Below are positions 59,978 to 64,000 of a stretch of 64,000 nt of DNA, one piece after another (the stretch's first letter is position 1; each line of letters begins with the position of its first letter). A program made the position numbers and the translations under genes. The notes beneath the pieces are model-generated. The model made no database searches. It was not told the origin of the DNA and was given only the letters and a program-made list of their open reading frames with translations. This DNA comes from Epithemia pelagica. Its lineage: Eukaryota > Protista > Bacillariophyta. The stretch covers positions 1,116,001 through 1,180,000 of the forward strand of contig OX337242.1 in NCBI GenBank assembly GCA_946965045.2, written 5' to 3'.

Positions 59978-61308
59978 GTTGTTGTTGTCACAATGGTCTC
60001 ATTCCCCAGAAACAAGGAACCACACCAGCGAGAAAAAGGCCTTTCGTGTGGGCGGCGTGTCAATGGTTGGTTGGCCTTGGGGTGGTGGTTGCTTCCAAAA
60101 TAATTCGTTTTTGCAAATGGGAAGAGAGTGGACAATCACAGCAGTGCGGTTCAATGAGAGGGTGGTGGTCGTACCACGAGGAGATTGCAAATTGCAATGG
60201 ACGATGATCGATCGATGATGTGTCTTTCTTCTCGTTTTGGTTTCGCAATGGACTCGTTGTTCTTGTCTCTTGTCGCTCTCGTGTTTCTTCCTGTGTCAGT
60301 TTTCCAGCCCGTTTTTTGTGGGAATTTGTACAATACCATTGCTTGGATGCGAGAAAGATGGGTTCCGGTGGTGGTGAGGTGAGACGAAGTGAACTGTTTT
60401 TTCCATGAAATTTTCATCTTTTTTCCCAAAATCCTTGGGTGCAACAACGACAAAAGTCTGGTTTTTTCCCGCTTTCTGCTTCGATGGGTTTGGTTTTTTC
60501 CTGTTTGGAGAGCCGGACATTCCTCAGCCTTCCGACCAGCGAGCTATTTTGTCTATTGTAACGGACAATCTGTGTCTGTCATTATTATTCCGCATCCCAT
60601 CGCTGCACAAGACTCAAGAAACAGGGTGGATCGCTGAGACGCGGATCGTGGCCTTCCAATAACAATTACAATGAACACGCACGACATCCAATGGTACTTA
60701 GAATTCCCCATCTAATTATCTCAAAAAAAGGATTGTCCAACGGACGAGACGATCGAGGAAACGCCTTGGGGACAGCCCCCTCGGTTACGTGCCCACACGA
60801 ACCGTCATACGTACGGACAGACAGACACATGAGGACGTACAGACGGACCGACAGGTAGATCCGTCCTTCCGTCGCTACGGCGACCGGAATGTCGGTTGGG
60901 GGAAGGGGCTTAAGGAAGAACTGCGCGCCATCCACTCGTGTCCCCCATCGTTCGATCAGTCGCGCTCGCTTCCACACCATCTACCGTGAGTTCCTCCACA
61001 CGAGACCATGGCGTCTCGTCGTTTACAAGACACAAATTCAGGTTCCTTTTCTTTCTTTTTGTCGAGAGGATACATAAATCTCTATGGGGTATCGAGTATC
61101 GAGGGTTTTTTGCCGGATGTGGTTGCGATGCCCAAGAAGGACTTGAGATTGTAGCTTTGCAAATCGCGATTCAAAGACAAACTGCAAGGGGAGCTTTTTT
61201 CGCCCCTACCACACACCAGACATTCGTTTATCGTGATCGGGTAGATTGTCCAAAGAAGAAACAGATTCTATTCTGAACAACTCGAACAAAGGTGCAACCA
61301 CCACCACC

Positions 61309-61340
<32 letters not shown>

Positions 61341-61505
61341 CAACAAGTGCATTCCTGGAACGACGGATCCGTCCACATTCCACACCCAGACAAGTCGAAG
61401 CATTCGCTTGTTGTTGCAGCGACATTCATCTCTACTGTACAAGTTTCTCCATTCCTTTGCATCGTGATACACAAAAGAAGATTCCTCTCTGGATTCTAGT
61501 ACACC

Positions 61506-64000
61506 ATGCCGGCGGAACCACGACGAGCTTCCCTGTCGGCCACCCGGATGACAGCCTACGAACGCAACCTTTCGAATCCTAGTACCAAAAAACTGGAGGA
61601 GGAACCACAGCCACCCGTGCGTCGTGGTCGACGAGCGTCTCTCGGTGCTGGTGGATCCGTCTTGGATCGATGGCCGCACCAAAATCAACATTGTGATATA
61701 GTGGCCTTGGCCTCCCGACCATACAACAATAAGAATTCCTCTTCACCACCACAAACATCATCATCATCATCCTTGGGTGCACCACCACCACCAGCAGTGT
61801 CGTCCCCGCTGATTCGAACCTCCATTTTCAGTCAAAAGACTTACCTACCGGCTCCGCCGTTTGGTGGTGAAAACGAAGAGGAGGAGGAGAATCAAGATCA
61901 AGATCCAAATGGCACCCACTCGAGGAGGAACAGCAACGGTCCAGCAACGACAGCCACAACGACGGCCACAGCAAGAAACCCAACTCCAACGCGTCTCTAC
62001 CAATCACGACGTCCCAGTCTCACCACACCTGCATGGCCTCCTCTCACACCCACACCCACCAGCAGCACTGCTCCTGCTCCTGCTGCCACAGCAGCAACCA
62101 CCACGAAACGGTCCATGTTTCATCAAAAGCCCTACACCGTTGCTGCTTCACCACCGCCATCGCCACCAGGGCGACAACCACAAGACACTCGTACTACTGC
62201 AACCATGACAACTAACGACCGTACCAGCACTCCCACTCGTTCTTCTCCACGTACTGCGACAAACGACCATACCAACACTCCCACTCGATCTCCCCGTCGT
62301 CACAGTATGGTATGGCCTCCTCCGTCTTCTTCGAGTAGATCTTTGACAAGTCGCAATTCTGCTGCTACCAGCAAGGAGGAGGAAGCAGAGCAATCCAAGG
62401 CAGCATCCTCCTCCTCATCATCACCACATCGACGACGCTTTTCCATGGGAACCTTTCCTCGAGGGACAACAACATCATCATCGACGCGACGCCCCTCCCT
62501 TTCTTCACGAAGCAAGAGTCCCAAACCAGGTCGGAATGCCCTCGTTGTTGTTGGTGGCGATGGTGGTGGTGATGTCGCTTCCGAGGCCAGTCATGGCAGC
62601 CGTCGCAGCCGCACCAGCCACACATCCTCCCCGAAAACTCCTCCACCCTCTGTCGTTCCAGCGGGTCTTGGTCGTCGATCGTCTTCGGCGTCACGCGTGC
62701 TCGAACAAGCAACAGCAGCAGGATCCACAAGGGAGGAAACTCGGAGGATTCGTCACACCGACAAATCATCCGTTCGAAGCAGCCAGACGCCGCCACCATC
62801 ACGCCGTAATCGACCACGCAGCAAAACACCACCCGCAGCAACCGCCCGTGTCGTGGACCAAAGTCCCAAAACGACCACCACCAAAACACGCATTCCGGTT
62901 CGTCTCGTTCCATTGGACAGCAGTACCACCAGTAGCAACCACCACAAACCCAAACCATTGGTTGTGACCCGCCCGACTACAACAACGACAACGACCACAA
63001 CACCTCCTCGGACACGACGATCCACCACTCCCACCAGTAGTACGGGCCGTACGAGTGGCAACACCACCAACACCACAATGGTCACCAGCAACGACGCACG
63101 AGACGGTTCGCAACCACGGGCCGCATCGACTGTGCAACCACCGCGGGCCCAGTCCTTGGGTCGGTCTCCTCGTGCGGATACAACAACAACAACAGCAACA
63201 GTCAATAAGCAACCTGGCACACCCACGCGTCGTCGAGGATCCATTCAGGGTCGATGGTCGGCTGCCTTGGCGGCAGCTGCTCAAAAAGATGCGGATCGTG
63301 TCGAACGAACCGTCCAAGAACGAACACAACGACGACATGCCTCCTTGCCACGACAACATCAACAACAACAACCTGCCTCTCCGCAGGTACCCAGCAACCA
63401 CAAAATGACACGGGAGGACGACAGCAGCAACAACGACAAGGGCAAGAGCATGGAAGGGACCGGCAGGACGACACCGACAACACCGACCCGACGTCGAGGA
63501 TCACTTTCTCATGTGGCTTGGCCACCACCCATGCCATACTCCACTACCACCACCAGCAAAACACGCGCCAGGAATGAGGTGCAGCCAGTGGTGTCTACTT
63601 CTGTGCAATCGGTTGCCTCACGATACCAAACGTCCGACAACAAGAACAAGTTTGTCGTGGTTCAATCGACAGTGCAATTACCACCTCGCCAGAAAAAGGA
63701 CCCATCGCCTGTCGTAGAGGAGGCCCCGAAGGAACCAAGTCTTGGTCCCAATTCCACCGGAGACGAATCCAATGTTGGAACACAGGGCAAAAGTCAATCG
63801 TCTTTGGATACTACTAGTCTGGTCCCTCCCTCCACACCACCAAGGTCGCCCACGAATCGATCCTCCTCCTCCCAGCAGGGCAATCCAGTTAGCCCCCGCC
63901 GGGTGACACCTACCGCCACCCCCAAGAGTCCAGCGACTCGCAATGTTACCAAACGATGGTCCAATCGCTTGGCAGCAGTCGATTCCTCTACATCACCACC
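61506..64000 (+). CDS. Long S/T/P/R-rich disordered protein, 3'-truncated by the window edge (not in the ORF track)
   Basis: Manual translation: in-frame TAG at 61497, ATG at 61506 (MPAEPRRASLS...), then no stop codon up to base 64000 (>830 codons). Confidence 0.7.
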   Translation, partial: MPAEPRRASLSATRMTAYERNLSNPSTKKLEEEPQPPVRRGRRASLGAGGSVLDRWPHQNQHCDIVALASRPYNNKNSSSPPQTSSSSSLGAPPPPAVSSPLIRTSIFSQKTYLPAPPFGGENEEEEENQDQDPNGTHSRRNSNGPATTATTTATARNPTPTRLYQSRRPSLTTPAWPPLTPTPTSSTAPAPAATAATTTKRSMFHQKPYTVAASPPPSPPGRQPQDTRTTATMTTNDRTSTPTRSSPRTATNDHTNTPTRSPRRHSMVWPPPSSSSRSLTSRNSAATSKEEEAEQSKAASSSSSSPHRRRFSMGTFPRGTTTSSSTRRPSLSSRSKSPKPGRNALVVVGGDGGGDVASEASHGSRRSRTSHTSSPKTPPPSVVPAGLGRRSSSASRVLEQATAAGSTREETRRIRHTDKSSVRSSQTPPPSRRNRPRSKTPPAATARVVDQSPKTTTTKTRIPVRLVPLDSSTTSSNHHKPKPLVVTRPTTTTTTTTTPPRTRRSTTPTSSTGRTSGNTTNTTMVTSNDARDGSQPRAASTVQPPRAQSLGRSPRADTTTTTATVNKQPGTPTRRRGSIQGRWSAALAAAAQKDADRVERTVQERTQRRHASLPRQHQQQQPASPQVPSNHKMTREDDSSNNDKGKSMEGTGRTTPTTPTRRRGSLSHVAWPPPMPYSTTTTSKTRARNEVQPVVSTSVQSVASRYQTSDNKNKFVVVQSTVQLPPRQKKDPSPVVEEAPKEPSLGPNSTGDESNVGTQGKSQSSLDTTSLVPPSTPPRSPTNRSSSSQQGNPVSPRRVTPTATPKSPATRNVTKRWSNRLAAVDSSTSP

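Noticed and set aside
58790-60103. 437-aa plus-strand ORF
   Set aside because: It overlaps 58577-59977 antisense and has the composition of a shadow of a Ser/Thr-rich gene. The strand choice is only moderately certain.
1-64000. tRNA, rRNA or snRNA genes
   Set aside because: No cloverleaf or recognisable structural RNA was found by eye. T-loop-like GTTCGA matches that I noticed fall in coding sequence. A tRNAscan-SE/Infernal run would be decisive.

Overview
Gene-dense nuclear DNA from a diatom, probably a raphid pennate. The evidence is short GT-AG introns, bipartite plastid presequences, a CoDi-type copia end and diatom-typical families. In order, the window holds: the 3' end of a Ty1/copia retrotransposon; two tandem diatom 'WY...RGLE' genes; a Qb-SNARE; an alpha/beta-hydrolase fused to a DsyB-like methyltransferase; a putative HxD...H oxygenase; an SDR; an unknown plastid protein; a START/SRPBCC protein; aminopeptidase N; a FIST-domain protein fused to a degenerate IGPS barrel; an SLC4 bicarbonate transporter; a small membrane protein; glycine decarboxylase P; a very large DnaG primase; EF-hand isocitrate dehydrogenase; a large multi-exon unknown gene; VKOR-Trx (LTO1); a CHY/RING E3 ligase; a secreted (KPTP)n protein; an M11 metalloprotease; and low-complexity ORFs, one of which runs off the window. 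The strongest leads are four. (1) The BPHL-hydrolase::DsyB fusion next to a putative oxygenase and an SDR, a possible DMSP-related cluster. (2) The plastid FIST::pseudo-IGPS fusion. (3) A cluster of TGACGT (CCRE-like) motifs at the GLDC/SLC4 locus. (4) A silaffin/cingulin-like KPTP protein. All calls come from reading the sequence by hand and recalling protein families; no searches were run.
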